Origin: Bacteroidales bacterium
Lineage (GTDB): Bacteria > Bacteroidota > Bacteroidia > Bacteroidales > UBA4181
Assembly (NCBI GenBank): GCA_031275285.1
Contig: JAISOY010000001.1
Location: forward strand, 6,813-70,812
Direction: 5' to 3'
DNA: 64,000 bases
Part shown: one piece after another, positions 28,364 through 37,997 of the stretch
Layout: each line of letters begins with the position of its first letter
Position numbering within the stretch: the stretch's first letter is position 1
Translations under genes and position numbers: made by a program
Notes under the pieces: generated by a model
The model's database searches: none
What the model saw: the letters and a program-made list of their open reading frames with translations, nothing else
Told to the model about the DNA's origin: nothing

Positions 28364-30853
28364 GTGATTTATCCGAATAATTTCGAAGAAAAGATCAACT
28401 TTCTACACATACGTGAGTGGCTGAAAGAGTTGTGTATTTCTCCTCTGGGAGCGCAAAAGGTAGATGAAATCAGTTTCAGCACCGTATTCAGGGAAATCGA
28501 TTTACTGACCGGGCAAACCGAAGAGTTTCGACAGATCTGCCTGATGGAGACCGGATTTCCTGCGCAGGATTACTTTGATGTGACTCCCATGTTCAAGCGT
28601 ATTGTCATTCCCGGAACGTTTCCAAATATGGAAGATGTATTTGCCCTAAAAAAATCACTGGAAACCATACGCGATATTCTTGCTTTTTTCCGGAATAAGG
28701 AAGAGCAATACCCCTTATTGCGCGACCTGATGGGCGATATTGCCTATTTTCCTGATATCATTAAAGCTATTGATAAGATACTGGACCATAACGGTCGTAT
28801 CCGCGACAATGCCACACCGGAACTGGCCCGCATACGTCGGGAAATTTCCGAAAAGCAGATGTCCGTGTCACGTACCATGCAACGCATCATCAAACAGGCG
28901 CAGGCTGACGGATTGGTCGAAACAGGAACTACCCCTGCTGTCCGTGACGGACGAACGGTTATTCCGGTCAATTCATCATTCAAACGCAAAATCAACGGGA
29001 TTGTCCATGATGAATCGGCTACCGGGCGCACCTCATATATTGAACCCGCAGAAGTAGTAGCCGCCAACAATGCCATTCGCGAGCTGACTTTTGCAGAGCA
29101 ACGTGAAATAGTAAAAATACTCACTGCTTTTGCCAACCTACTTCGTCCGCACATGGATGAATTATATCAGGCTTTTGATTTTTTAGGAAGCATCGATTTC
29201 ATAAGAGCAAAGGCCCTACTTGCCATCAAACAGAACGCCATCAAGCCGGCATTCCAAAACCAACAGTCCTTCGAGTGGAAAAGAGCTGTACATCCGGTAA
29301 TGTTCCTGAACTTTAAAAAGGAAAACCGCGAAGTAGTTCCTCTGGACATCATACTGACCGAAGAAGACCGAATCATACTGATATCCGGACCCAATGCGGG
29401 CGGAAAGAGTGTCTGCCTGAAAACGACCGGACTGATACAATACATGTTCCAGTGCGGATTACTGGTTCCCATGTCCGAAAATTCCGAAATGGGATTATTT
29501 GAAAATATCTGTATTGATATCGGTGATGAACAGTCCATCGATAACGACCTGAGTACCTATAGTTCCCATCTGTTGAACATGAAACAGTTCGTTCGTTATG
29601 CCGGACCTTCCACTATGGTACTGATCGATGAATTCGGAGCAGGCACGGAACCCATCATCGGAGGAGCTATTGCCGAAGCCATCCTTTCCAGTCTCAACCA
29701 TAAAGGCGTATGGGGTGTAATCACCACCCATTACAGCAATCTTAAGCATTACGCTTCATCGAATAAAGGAGTGATCAACGGGGCCATGCTGTACGACAGT
29801 CATAAAATGCAACCTCTTTTCCGTATGGAGATCGGGAAACCGGGCAGTTCCTTTGCTTTCGAGATCGCGAGAAAGATCGGGCTTCCAGAGGATATTCTGA
29901 CAGACGCTGCCGATAAAGCCGGACACCAGCATGTCGATTTCGAGAAACACCTGCGCGAGATCGAGCGGGACAAGCGTTACTGGGAACGAAAACGTGATGA
30001 AGTCAGGAAGCATGAAAAACGTCTGGACGAAATCTCCGGAAAGCAACTGGCAGAACTTGAAAAGATAGAAACAGAGCGAAAAAGTATTATCAATCAGGCA
30101 CGCGAAGAAGCGAAGCAAATCCTTGCCGATACCAACCGTACCATTGAGAATACCATCCGGACGATCAAAGAAAGCCAGGCAGAAAAAGAAAAAACAAAGA
30201 CCGTCCGAAAGGAATTGGAACAATTTAAAGAACAGACGATTAATCAATCTAAAGGCGAAGAAGAGGAACGTATTCTCCGGAAGATTGCCCAATTAAAAAA
30301 ACGGGAGCAAAAGCGCGCCGAAAAGAAGCAAACAGCTGAACAGAAAACCAGATCCGAATTACCGGTAGAAGAAAATCCGGAGGATAAGATGATCCGGAAA
30401 GGCGATATGGTAAAGATCGAAGGACAGGAAACCGCCGGAGAAGTCATGGAAATCAACGGTAAGCACATCACTGTTGCTTTTGGTCAGTTGTTGAGTACCA
30501 TTTCTGCAGACAGACTGACCAAGATTTCAAAAAACGAATACAAAAAGCAGACCCAGACACGCCGTGCACCAACGGTACAGGTATATAACGTAGGTGAACG
30601 GCGGTTACGTTTCAAATCATCCATCGATGTTCGTGGCATGCGCACCGAAGAGGCCCTTCCGAAAGTGGAGGAACTGGTAGATGAAGCAGCCATGTTGAAC
30701 ATCGGTGAAGTAAGGATCCTGCATGGAAAGGGTAATGGCATCTTACGGCAGATGATCCGCCAGTACCTGAAAAGCTCTCCCGTAGTCGACTTTTATGATG
30801 ATGAAGATATCCAGCAGGGAGGAACAGGAATAACAGTCGTGAAAATAAAATAG
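28364..30853 (+). CDS. mutS2: endonuclease MutS2 (MutS domain V ATPase plus C-terminal Smr)
   Basis: 829 aa with a GTG start. MIYPNNFEEKINF is the family N-terminus, Walker A is GPNAGGKSV, and the C-terminal Smr is DVRGMRTEEA...ILHGKGNGILR. Confidence 0.95.
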   Translation: MIYPNNFEEKINFLHIREWLKELCISPLGAQKVDEISFSTVFREIDLLTGQTEEFRQICLMETGFPAQDYFDVTPMFKRIVIPGTFPNMEDVFALKKSLETIRDILAFFRNKEEQYPLLRDLMGDIAYFPDIIKAIDKILDHNGRIRDNATPELARIRREISEKQMSVSRTMQRIIKQAQADGLVETGTTPAVRDGRTVIPVNSSFKRKINGIVHDESATGRTSYIEPAEVVAANNAIRELTFAEQREIVKILTAFANLLRPHMDELYQAFDFLGSIDFIRAKALLAIKQNAIKPAFQNQQSFEWKRAVHPVMFLNFKKENREVVPLDIILTEEDRIILISGPNAGGKSVCLKTTGLIQYMFQCGLLVPMSENSEMGLFENICIDIGDEQSIDNDLSTYSSHLLNMKQFVRYAGPSTMVLIDEFGAGTEPIIGGAIAEAILSSLNHKGVWGVITTHYSNLKHYASSNKGVINGAMLYDSHKMQPLFRMEIGKPGSSFAFEIARKIGLPEDILTDAADKAGHQHVDFEKHLREIERDKRYWERKRDEVRKHEKRLDEISGKQLAELEKIETERKSIINQAREEAKQILADTNRTIENTIRTIKESQAEKEKTKTVRKELEQFKEQTINQSKGEEEERILRKIAQLKKREQKRAEKKQTAEQKTRSELPVEENPEDKMIRKGDMVKIEGQETAGEVMEINGKHITVAFGQLLSTISADRLTKISKNEYKKQTQTRRAPTVQVYNVGERRLRFKSSIDVRGMRTEEALPKVEELVDEAAMLNIGEVRILHGKGNGILRQMIRQYLKSSPVVDFYDDEDIQQGGTGITVVKIK

Positions 30854-30854
30854 C

Positions 30855-31649
30855 ATGCAGATATATCAGGTAGATTCATTTTCAAAAGAACCTTTCAAAG
30901 GTAATCCGGCAGGAGTTTGCATACTGGAAAAATTTCCGGAGACGGAACTAATGCAAAACATCGCTATGGAAATGAACCTGTCGGAAACTGCATTTGTCGT
31001 CATAGAAGAGGGACAATACAAGATCAGGTATTTTACACCGGTACATGAGGTGCCCTTATGCGGACATGCCACGCTGGCAAGCGCACACATTGTATATGAG
31101 TCAGGATTGATTCCTGTCGACCGTGCCTTTACCTTTAAGTCCAGCGAATCGGATCTGCTCATTTCAATGGAAGACGGTTGGATCAAAATGATCTTTCCCG
31201 TTTATGAGATATCAAAAATTTCTTTGCCGGAAAGTTTCAATGAGATCATCGGGATTAACGCTGTTGAAACCTATAAAAGTCCTAATAACTGGATTGTTGC
31301 GCGGGTAAAAACGGAAGCTGATGTGTTGGACGCTGCTCCGGATTTCGGTGCTTTTGAAAAAGAGGATCTGGCTGTTTTGGTCGCAGTAACGGCTCCTGCT
31401 GATACTCCCGGTTACGATTTTGTAGTGAGGGTATTCTGCCATCCGGCATCAGGTATTACCGAAGATCCGGCAACAGGATCAGCCAATTGCATCCTGGCGC
31501 CTTATTGGTCGGAAAAACTGGGTAAAAGTCAATTCAAATCAAAACAACTGTCTAAAAGGACAGGAGAATTAAATATCAAACTTAATGGCGACAAAGTTGT
31601 TATTAAGGGACAAGCAGTCACAGTCTTTAAAATAAAAATGAATCATTAA
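30855..31649 (+). CDS. PhzF-family isomerase-like protein
   Basis: 264 aa. MQIYQVDSFSKEPFKGNPAGVC is the classic PhzF-family N-terminus. Confidence 0.9.
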   Translation: MQIYQVDSFSKEPFKGNPAGVCILEKFPETELMQNIAMEMNLSETAFVVIEEGQYKIRYFTPVHEVPLCGHATLASAHIVYESGLIPVDRAFTFKSSESDLLISMEDGWIKMIFPVYEISKISLPESFNEIIGINAVETYKSPNNWIVARVKTEADVLDAAPDFGAFEKEDLAVLVAVTAPADTPGYDFVVRVFCHPASGITEDPATGSANCILAPYWSEKLGKSQFKSKQLSKRTGELNIKLNGDKVVIKGQAVTVFKIKMNH

Positions 31650-31661
31650 TACAGAAACCAT

Positions 31662-33512
31662 ATGTGGATCACCTTAGGAATTTTATTACTGGCCACCGTC
31701 TTTTTTGTCAGTGGCAAAATACGTTCGGATATTGTCGCGTTGTGTGCATTGATCCTCTTAATGCTCTTCGATATCCTGACTCCGGCAGAAGCCCTTTCCG
31801 GTTTTTCCAACTCGATCGTGATCATGATGATCGGCCTGTTCATTGTGGGTGGAGCTGTTTTCCAGACCGGACTGGCAAAGATGATCAGCAGCAAAATATT
31901 GTCACTTGCCGGAAATAACCAGACCCGGTTATATCTTCTGATCATGCTGGTAACTTCTGCCATAGGCGGATTTGTCAGCAATACAGGAACGGTCGCCCTG
32001 ATGCTCCCGATTGTTGTCAGCCTTGCTGCTTCGGCCAATATGAGCCCCAGTCGTTTATTGATGCCATTGGCATTTGCCAGCAGTATGGGTGGTATGATGA
32101 CGCTGATCGGTACACCTCCCAACTTGGTCATCAACAATACTCTGATAGAAAATAATTACGAAGGGTTGAAGTTTTTCTCATTTCTACCGGTAGGTTTGAT
32201 TTGTGTTGTATTTGGCACCCTTGCCCTGTGGCCGCTGAGCAAAAAATTCCTCTCAAAAGATGAAGACAAGGAAAGTAAAAAGAAGAAAAACAAGTCGTTA
32301 AAGGATCTGGCACAGGAATATCAATTGTCACAGAATCTTTTCCGGTTGCAGGTGAACAAAGAATCGCAAATCATCAATAAAAAATTACTGGAACTTGAAA
32401 TTCCACAGAAATATGGTTTTTCAGTACTGGAGATACGGCGAAAATCGAGTAGCCAGAATCCCTTTATGAAAACCATTAACCAGAAGATTGCAGGCCCGAC
32501 TACTGTAATTGAAGAAAACGACATCCTGTATGTATCGGGCGCTTTTGAAAAAGTACAACTTTTCGCCGATGATAACCGACTGAAAATTATGGATGTCCAT
32601 GAAACGGAAACCCCGTCTTTTTCAGGAAAGCTCAGGTTTGATGAAATCGGGATCGCAGAAGTGGTATTGTTATCGAACTCACAATTGATCAATCAGCCTG
32701 TCAGCAAATCAGGGTTCAGGGAAAAATACAATGTAAACATACTCGGTATCCAGCGTAAAGATGAATACATCCTTCAGGACCTAAAAGACGAAAAAATGCA
32801 GTCCGGAGACGTATTGCTGATACAGGGCGAATGGAGTGCTATTGCCCGGATGACCGAAGAATCACTGGAGTGGGTGGTCGTAGGACAGCCTTTGACTGAA
32901 GCTTCCAAGGTAACTATGGACTACAAAGCGCCTTTGGCTGCCATTATCATGTTATTAATGGTACTGGCCATGGCTTTTGATGTTATACCCGCGGTAACAG
33001 CTGTACTGATCGCATCTGTACTGATGATCCTTACCGGTTGTTTGCGGAATGTGGAAGAAGCGTATAAAACCATCAACTGGGAAAGTATCGTATTAATAGG
33101 CGCCATGCTCCCCATGTCCATCGCACTGGAAAAAACAGGGACCTCCGCACTTATTTCAAAGGGACTGGTTGAAATGTTAGGTTCATACGGTAATATAGTG
33201 TTGTTGGCCGGGATCTATTTCGGAACATCTTTGCTTACCATGTTCATCAGTAATACGGCTACTGCAGTGCTTTTTGCACCTATCGCAATAAGTGTGGCTG
33301 TTGCGAATGGGGCAAGCCCATATCCATTCCTGTTTGCCGTAACTGTAGCAGCCAGCATGTGTTTTGCCAGTCCTTTCTCCACTCCTCCGAATGCACTCGT
33401 GATGTCGGCCGGACGGTATACCTTCATGGATTATGTGAAAGTCGGATTGCCCTTACAGATAGGCCTGGGAATATTAATGATCTTCGTTCTTCCGTTGATC
33501 TTCCCGTTTTAA
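31662..33512 (+). CDS. SLC13/DASS-family anion permease with two central TrkA-C (RCK_C) domains
   Basis: 616 aa. Two polytopic halves flank a soluble segment of about 200 aa that carries two RCK_C-like repeats. Confidence 0.9.
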   Translation: MWITLGILLLATVFFVSGKIRSDIVALCALILLMLFDILTPAEALSGFSNSIVIMMIGLFIVGGAVFQTGLAKMISSKILSLAGNNQTRLYLLIMLVTSAIGGFVSNTGTVALMLPIVVSLAASANMSPSRLLMPLAFASSMGGMMTLIGTPPNLVINNTLIENNYEGLKFFSFLPVGLICVVFGTLALWPLSKKFLSKDEDKESKKKKNKSLKDLAQEYQLSQNLFRLQVNKESQIINKKLLELEIPQKYGFSVLEIRRKSSSQNPFMKTINQKIAGPTTVIEENDILYVSGAFEKVQLFADDNRLKIMDVHETETPSFSGKLRFDEIGIAEVVLLSNSQLINQPVSKSGFREKYNVNILGIQRKDEYILQDLKDEKMQSGDVLLIQGEWSAIARMTEESLEWVVVGQPLTEASKVTMDYKAPLAAIIMLLMVLAMAFDVIPAVTAVLIASVLMILTGCLRNVEEAYKTINWESIVLIGAMLPMSIALEKTGTSALISKGLVEMLGSYGNIVLLAGIYFGTSLLTMFISNTATAVLFAPIAISVAVANGASPYPFLFAVTVAASMCFASPFSTPPNALVMSAGRYTFMDYVKVGLPLQIGLGILMIFVLPLIFPF

Positions 33513-33560
33513 ATAAAAGTACATAGAAAGCATTTGTTCGTAATAATTACGAATTTCTGA

Positions 33561-34871
33561 TCATTTGGATTGAGGAAATTTCCATGGTTTCCGGTAGGCT
33601 GGTTGAATTAATTTATCTGCTTCCCGGTGGTGAAAAGAATGACGGTTTTCATCGTATTTCAATTGAGACCCGACACGTGCAGAAATATTCCCAAGATGGG
33701 CATATTTAGCACACAGACTTCCGTTCTGTATGGTACAAGCCGTATCAAATTCCCGTTTTTTCATACAATCCAGAAAATTAGTCACATGATCCTGGTGATC
33801 ATTATTTTTTGGTAAACTCTTCATAGCCTCCATCTTGTTTCCTTCCGGATATATTTCCATACTCTCCCTGTTGACTACCAGCGTCCCGTTCGTTCCTTTG
33901 AATGCCAGCCCGTAATTACGCCCGTAAGGACCTGTCTCCGTACCAGCTATATTGGTCCACTGGATCAGAAAATCATCAAATTCATACACCACGGTCAATG
34001 TATCGAAAGTTTCAGGAGCATTTTCCGGAAAAGCAAATTTTCCACCTGATCCCGTTACTTGATGAGGCATCCCGGTTACATTCATCCCCCAAAGCGCCAT
34101 ATCCAGCAGATGTACCCCCCAGTCGGTCAGTAAACCGCCCCCGTAATCCCAGAACATCCGCCAGGAACCATGAAAACGCTGCTGGTTAAATGTCCGTTGT
34201 GGTGCAGGCCCCAGCCACATATCGAAATCCACCCCTTCAGGAACAGTACTATCCGGAATAGGAAGGGATAATGCTCCGTAATTAAAATTGGCCCAAACTT
34301 CCACGCGAGGGATTCGTCCCAATTGTCCACTGTCTATAAAACGTTTCATCTCCTGCCAAAGGATCCCGCTCCGTTGTTGCTGCCCTACCTGGACCACACG
34401 GCTATACCTGCCTGCAGCCTGCACCATTGCGTCACATTCGGCAATGGAATTGGCGATCGGCTTCTCCACATACACGTCCTTCCCGGCAGCACAGGCATCC
34501 ACCATCTGCAGGCAATGCCAGTGGTCAGGCGTTCCGATAATGACCGCATCAATATCTTTCCTCTCCAACAACTGTCTGTAGTCATTGTATAGTTCCGGCT
34601 TCTTGTCACGCCGTTTCATCACTTCCACTGCTTTTGCGTTCAACATGTTCTGATCCACATCACACAAAGCCACACAATCTACTTCCGGATGGATCAGGAA
34701 ATCACTCAAATTGCCCCACCCCATATTCCGGCAGCCGACTAATCCCACTCTAATCCTGTCATTAGCTCCGACAGTCCGGGCAAATATTTTTCCATCCGAC
34801 AGGGAAGGTAATAAGATACCGGCGGCCATAGCCGATGCGGATTGGCGGAGAAAATTTCGTCTTGTCGTCAT
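33561..34871 (-). CDS. Gfo/Idh/MocA-family oxidoreductase with twin-arginine signal
   Basis: The ORF extends to 34925, but Met19 gives MTTRRNFLRQSASAMAAGILL, a Tat signal. Rossmann RVGLVGCRNMGWGN. Confidence 0.85.
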   Translation of the reverse strand: MTTRRNFLRQSASAMAAGILLPSLSDGKIFARTVGANDRIRVGLVGCRNMGWGNLSDFLIHPEVDCVALCDVDQNMLNAKAVEVMKRRDKKPELYNDYRQLLERKDIDAVIIGTPDHWHCLQMVDACAAGKDVYVEKPIANSIAECDAMVQAAGRYSRVVQVGQQQRSGILWQEMKRFIDSGQLGRIPRVEVWANFNYGALSLPIPDSTVPEGVDFDMWLGPAPQRTFNQQRFHGSWRMFWDYGGGLLTDWGVHLLDMALWGMNVTGMPHQVTGSGGKFAFPENAPETFDTLTVVYEFDDFLIQWTNIAGTETGPYGRNYGLAFKGTNGTLVVNRESMEIYPEGNKMEAMKSLPKNNDHQDHVTNFLDCMKKREFDTACTIQNGSLCAKYAHLGNISARVGSQLKYDENRHSFHHREADKLIQPAYRKPWKFPQSK

Positions 34872-35059
34872 AAAGCGTATATTTTTAAGTGGTTTCCAGA
34901 TAATTTCTTCACAAATCACAATCAATTAAGGACAAGTTATCCATCATTTGAATGGGATTTTCATAAAAGTAGTAAAAATAAGGATTATTTTAAACTGATT
35001 GATACTGTATCTCAATTATTAACTTAATATTGAGAAATCATCAAAAATATACATCATTT

Positions 35060-36001
35060 TTAAACTAATGCAGCTTCAATCACCTTACGTGTTTTATTGA
35101 GAGATGTCAATAGAACTTGTTGTACCGTATTCTGGCTGCAATATTCCTTGTTGAATAGCTCTACGGAGAATGCACCTCTGAATCCGTTTTCAAATAATTC
35201 CGGAATAATGGAAGGAAATGGACATATCCCGTCTCCGGGATAAACCCTATCACTATCACTCAATTGTTCTCTTTTTAGAGTAGAAGGATAATCATTGATA
35301 TGAAAGAGTGGCATTCGCGAAGTATTAACCATCATCAGGCTATCAAAAGAATTATTCCCCCTGTACAGATGGTAAAAGTCCAACAGTAAATTAGCACTTT
35401 TGTGAGCAGCACCAATGGCTATATGTGAAGCATCGGACAATTTGTTCAAGGTTCCGGCTCCCCATAGTTCCAGCAAAGGGGTTATCCCGATTTTCTCGCC
35501 TTCTTCCAGGATATGACGATACCTATCTGCGTAAACCTCAAGTTTTGAGCCATCTATTTTGCTGATACCTATTACCGGAGCTGCAATGTACCGGCCACCG
35601 AGCCGGGCAGTCAATTCCATTTCCTCTTTCATTTGTATCTGTCCTTTTTTACGAACAGTATCATCATCTGAAGCCCATGCCGCAAAGCCAATCATATTCT
35701 CCAATTTCAACCCGGATGATTGAATGTGTCCGGCTAAAACTGATACTTTTCCCCCTTGATTCAGGTATTGTTGTATATCCGAAATCCATAATTCTATTCC
35801 GTCAAAACCGGTTTCGGCACACAGTTCGATCTGTTTTGTCACAGGCAGCTTATAAGGCTCGATTGTCGAAGTATTCAAACTGATCCGAAAGGAAGGTGTT
35901 TTTCGCAATTTTGCACGTTCAGAAGCAAACAGATTGATTCCGGAAAATCCGGCCGCAACGAGCAATGAGCTTTTTTTCAGAAAGTCTCTTCTTACCAGCA
36001 T
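35060..36001 (-). CDS. xylose-isomerase-like TIM-barrel protein (sugar phosphate isomerase/epimerase family) with Tat signal
   Basis: The ORF extends to 36085. The internal Met gives MLVRRDFLKKSSLLVAAG and starts 4 nt after the upstream stop. Confidence 0.8.
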   Translation of the reverse strand: MLVRRDFLKKSSLLVAAGFSGINLFASERAKLRKTPSFRISLNTSTIEPYKLPVTKQIELCAETGFDGIELWISDIQQYLNQGGKVSVLAGHIQSSGLKLENMIGFAAWASDDDTVRKKGQIQMKEEMELTARLGGRYIAAPVIGISKIDGSKLEVYADRYRHILEEGEKIGITPLLELWGAGTLNKLSDASHIAIGAAHKSANLLLDFYHLYRGNNSFDSLMMVNTSRMPLFHINDYPSTLKREQLSDSDRVYPGDGICPFPSIIPELFENGFRGAFSVELFNKEYCSQNTVQQVLLTSLNKTRKVIEAALV

Positions 36002-36005
36002 CGCA

Positions 36006-36857
36006 TCAGAATTTGAGGTTAGAAAGGTAATTTGCTGCGGTCCTGATACACATTTCAGGGTTTTCCGGATGATCATGCTCAACAATGAAATGTTTCGCTC
36101 CTGCGATTTTGTTATGCCTGAATATCTCCGGGAAATCTATACGACCATCGCCGACGCATGCAAATCCCATATTATCGGTTTTATCCATGTCTTTAACATG
36201 AAAAACAGGGTATCTTCCCGGATATTTCCGAATGTAATCAACAGCAGATTGTCCGCCTTTTACTATCCAGTAGAGGTCTAATTCTATATTGACAAGTTTG
36301 GGATCAAGATTGGGAAGCAAGGTATCAAATGGAATTTCTCCTTGGACCGGTCTGAATTCGATATCATGATTATGATACAATAAACGGAGTCCTTCTTTTT
36401 TACAAACCTCTCCACCCTTATTCAATTGATCGGCCACATTCTTCCAATCATCCAGGGTTTTATTTCTTCCATCGTCAGTCCATGGCCAGTAACATACAAT
36501 AAATTTTTTCCCGAGTTCCTGACAATCCGCGATATCTTTTCTTAGTTGTTCCGTATTACCCATAGCGTGCATGGATGTCGGGCCTATCAATGCCCTTAAG
36601 CCTGTTTGCTTGAGGATTTTTTTCAATCCTGTTACATCCATGCCGAAATAACCTCCGAATTCAGGGTCTTTAAACCCCAACCGGGCGATTTCTTCCAATG
36701 CTTCTTTAGAATGATTCTTTATCCAATCACCACCCGTATTTCCGGTAATGAGTCCAAAAGATGGTAATTTTCCTTTTCCCTGAGCTGAGAGCATTTCCGG
36801 CAGAGAAACAACAGTTGTTGCCATAGCCAGTGTTTTGATAAAACTACGTCGTTCCAT
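36006..36857 (-). CDS. xylose-isomerase-like TIM-barrel protein with Tat signal
   Basis: 283 aa. MERRSFIKTLAMATTVVSL Tat signal. First gene of a three-gene operon. Confidence 0.85.
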   Translation of the reverse strand: MERRSFIKTLAMATTVVSLPEMLSAQGKGKLPSFGLITGNTGGDWIKNHSKEALEEIARLGFKDPEFGGYFGMDVTGLKKILKQTGLRALIGPTSMHAMGNTEQLRKDIADCQELGKKFIVCYWPWTDDGRNKTLDDWKNVADQLNKGGEVCKKEGLRLLYHNHDIEFRPVQGEIPFDTLLPNLDPKLVNIELDLYWIVKGGQSAVDYIRKYPGRYPVFHVKDMDKTDNMGFACVGDGRIDFPEIFRHNKIAGAKHFIVEHDHPENPEMCIRTAANYLSNLKF

Positions 36858-36964
36858 TTTGTAAATAGGTTTTTAAAAACTTAAAGCGATCCATGTTTTT
36901 CTAATTGTGTAAATATACATTTTTTATTTTCCATGAACCATAATGATAAAATTATGCATTAAAT

Positions 36965-37243
36965 TAAGTAATTATTCAAAATTACATCATCCATATATGG
37001 AATTATTTTTTACCCTTCTTTTTCTTGATAAAAAGAAGCAAAAATCAAGGCTTGCTTCCTCAGCGACCAGTCACTGCACGCTACAGGACACCGGAAGAAC
37101 TCACCTGACGGCTCTGACAGCTTCCGGCTTGCCCCTTCACTTTGCAGAACTGGTGTCCGCTTCCGGAAGCTCAGGCCTTCCTGGTGTAACACCTCTGTAT
37201 GAGCAGGAGAACAGAAATATGATATATGCGAACTACTTATGAA
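36965..37243 (+). repeat. 279-nt conserved element, copy 1 (candidate structured RNA/leader or MITE-like repeat)
   Basis: About 90 percent identical to the reverse complement of 55850-56128. GC-rich core with stems CTTCTTTTT/AAAAAGAAG, CCGGAAG/CTTCCGG and GGACACC/GGTGTCC. It ends about 90 nt upstream of the gene at 37330. Confidence 0.7.
36977..36984 (-). promoter_or_regulatory. -7 box (TAATTTTG) inside the repeat, facing the Tat-enzyme operon
   Basis: Reverse complement of caaaatta. It is conserved in copy 2 (56109-56116, +). It lies 120 nt upstream of the start at 36857. Confidence 0.35.
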
Positions 37244-37329
37244 GGAATAACAGATGAATTAACTATAAAATCTCTCTGTTTTTATCTATATTGCACAAGG
37301 TTCACAACGCAGCAATAATAGATAAACTT

Positions 37330-37749
37330 ATGCAGGTGTTCAAATTCAAACTCGCCACTAAATATCCTTTATTAGATCTGATAATATGTCTGATCATTAT
37401 CGTATTACTACATATATGGATTGGCCGTGAAACAACCAATTCCACAAAAGTTAAAAATGGATTTTCCTATAATATCGGTAACAAGTGGCACTATGAATTC
37501 TCCTATCTCGAAGGAAAAGTTAATGGCTCTTTTGCAGCAAAAAACAGTGATACCCGGTTAATTTATTCCTCTCTTCTGGAAAAAGGCAACATCCGCTTTG
37601 AATTATATGATGCAAAAAACACTCTCATCACTAGTTTTCAGGCCAAAAACACATCAGACACAATAAAAAACCTGATCCATGGGGAAAAATACAGGGTGAG
37701 GGCAATAGCCCAAAATGCCAAAGGCAGTTTTTATATGGAAATGGATTGA
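37330..37749 (+). CDS. hypothetical membrane-anchored protein
   Basis: The ORF opens at TTG 37291. The first ATG (37330) gives MQVFKFKLATKYPLLDLIICLIIIVLL, an N-terminal TM anchor. I recognise no family. Confidence 0.5.
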   Translation: MQVFKFKLATKYPLLDLIICLIIIVLLHIWIGRETTNSTKVKNGFSYNIGNKWHYEFSYLEGKVNGSFAAKNSDTRLIYSSLLEKGNIRFELYDAKNTLITSFQAKNTSDTIKNLIHGEKYRVRAIAQNAKGSFYMEMD

Positions 37750-37935
37750 GAATGGAGAATGGAGAATGGAGAATGATGAACTATAAACTGAATTGAAAAA
37801 TTCATCGTTCCTACTTTTGACTTTTAACTTTTTTACTTTATAAACATTCTGACTTTCAAACTTTCAAACTTTATAAACTTTCTAACATTCCTACTTTCAG
37901 ACATTCAGACTTTATGAACATTCAGACTCTGGCCA
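37748..37935. repeat. intergenic word-repeat array: 4 perfect GAGAATG heptamers, then reverse-orientation ACTTT/CATTC words
   Basis: GAGAATG x4 at 37748-37775, overlapping the stop codon. Hairpin GAATGATGAA (37771-80)/TTCATCGTTC (37801-10) is followed by T-rich sequence. The remainder is the reverse complement of the word set seen at 28096-28175. Confidence 0.55.
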
Positions 37936-37959
37936 CATACTTCCAATGAACATTTTTCT

Positions 37960-37967
37960 TACCTTTG
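37960..37967 (+). promoter_or_regulatory. -7 box (TACCTTTG) upstream of fabD
   Basis: Matches TAnnTTTG 31 nt upstream of the ATG at 37998. Confidence 0.5.
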
Positions 37968-37997
37968 CCCTCTTAATTTAAAATTACATTTTTTATT

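Noticed and set aside
28740-30741. Cluster of antisense/alternate-frame ORFs (74-178 aa) inside mutS2
   Set aside because: All are nested within a well-supported 829-aa MutS2 frame. Their low-complexity Ser/Arg-rich translations are typical of off-frame reading of GC-richer coding DNA. The same reasoning applies to ORFs inside thrA (39285-41245), the SLC13 permease (31646-33427), the GFO genes (27145-27762, 33627-34929), gltX and the PurL-like gene.
33537-33553. Palindrome TTCGTAATAATTACGAA between the convergent SLC13 and GFO genes as a bidirectional terminator
   Set aside because: It would form an AT-rich stem of only ~7 bp with a minimal loop and no clear U-tracts. That is too weak to list as a feature.
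36943-37242. 99-aa ORF (with its 96-aa counterpart at 55831-56121, and the 60-aa antisense ORF at 37010-37192) covering the 279-nt repeat
   Set aside because: The ATG shared by both copies falls in different frames because of a 1-nt indel, and copy 2 only opens with TTG. 8 of 14 core substitutions are non-synonymous, the N- and C-termini are unrelated, and the antisense ORF is absent from copy 2. I treat the element as non-coding, although the roughly 0.45 dN/dS-like ratio from so few sites is inconclusive.
36965-37243. Match of the 279-nt element to a known riboswitch class (cobalamin, TPP, SAM-I, Moco, lysine, c-di-GMP)
   Set aside because: None of the conserved core sequences I remember for these classes (for example the B12 box or the TPP CUGAGA/ACCUGA pair in the right context) is present. 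It is left as an unknown element.
37748-37775. Tandem GAGAATG x4 and related arrays as a CRISPR or minisatellite locus
   Set aside because: The units are 7-8 nt with no spacers, far too short for CRISPR repeats. They are reported instead as a word-repeat family.
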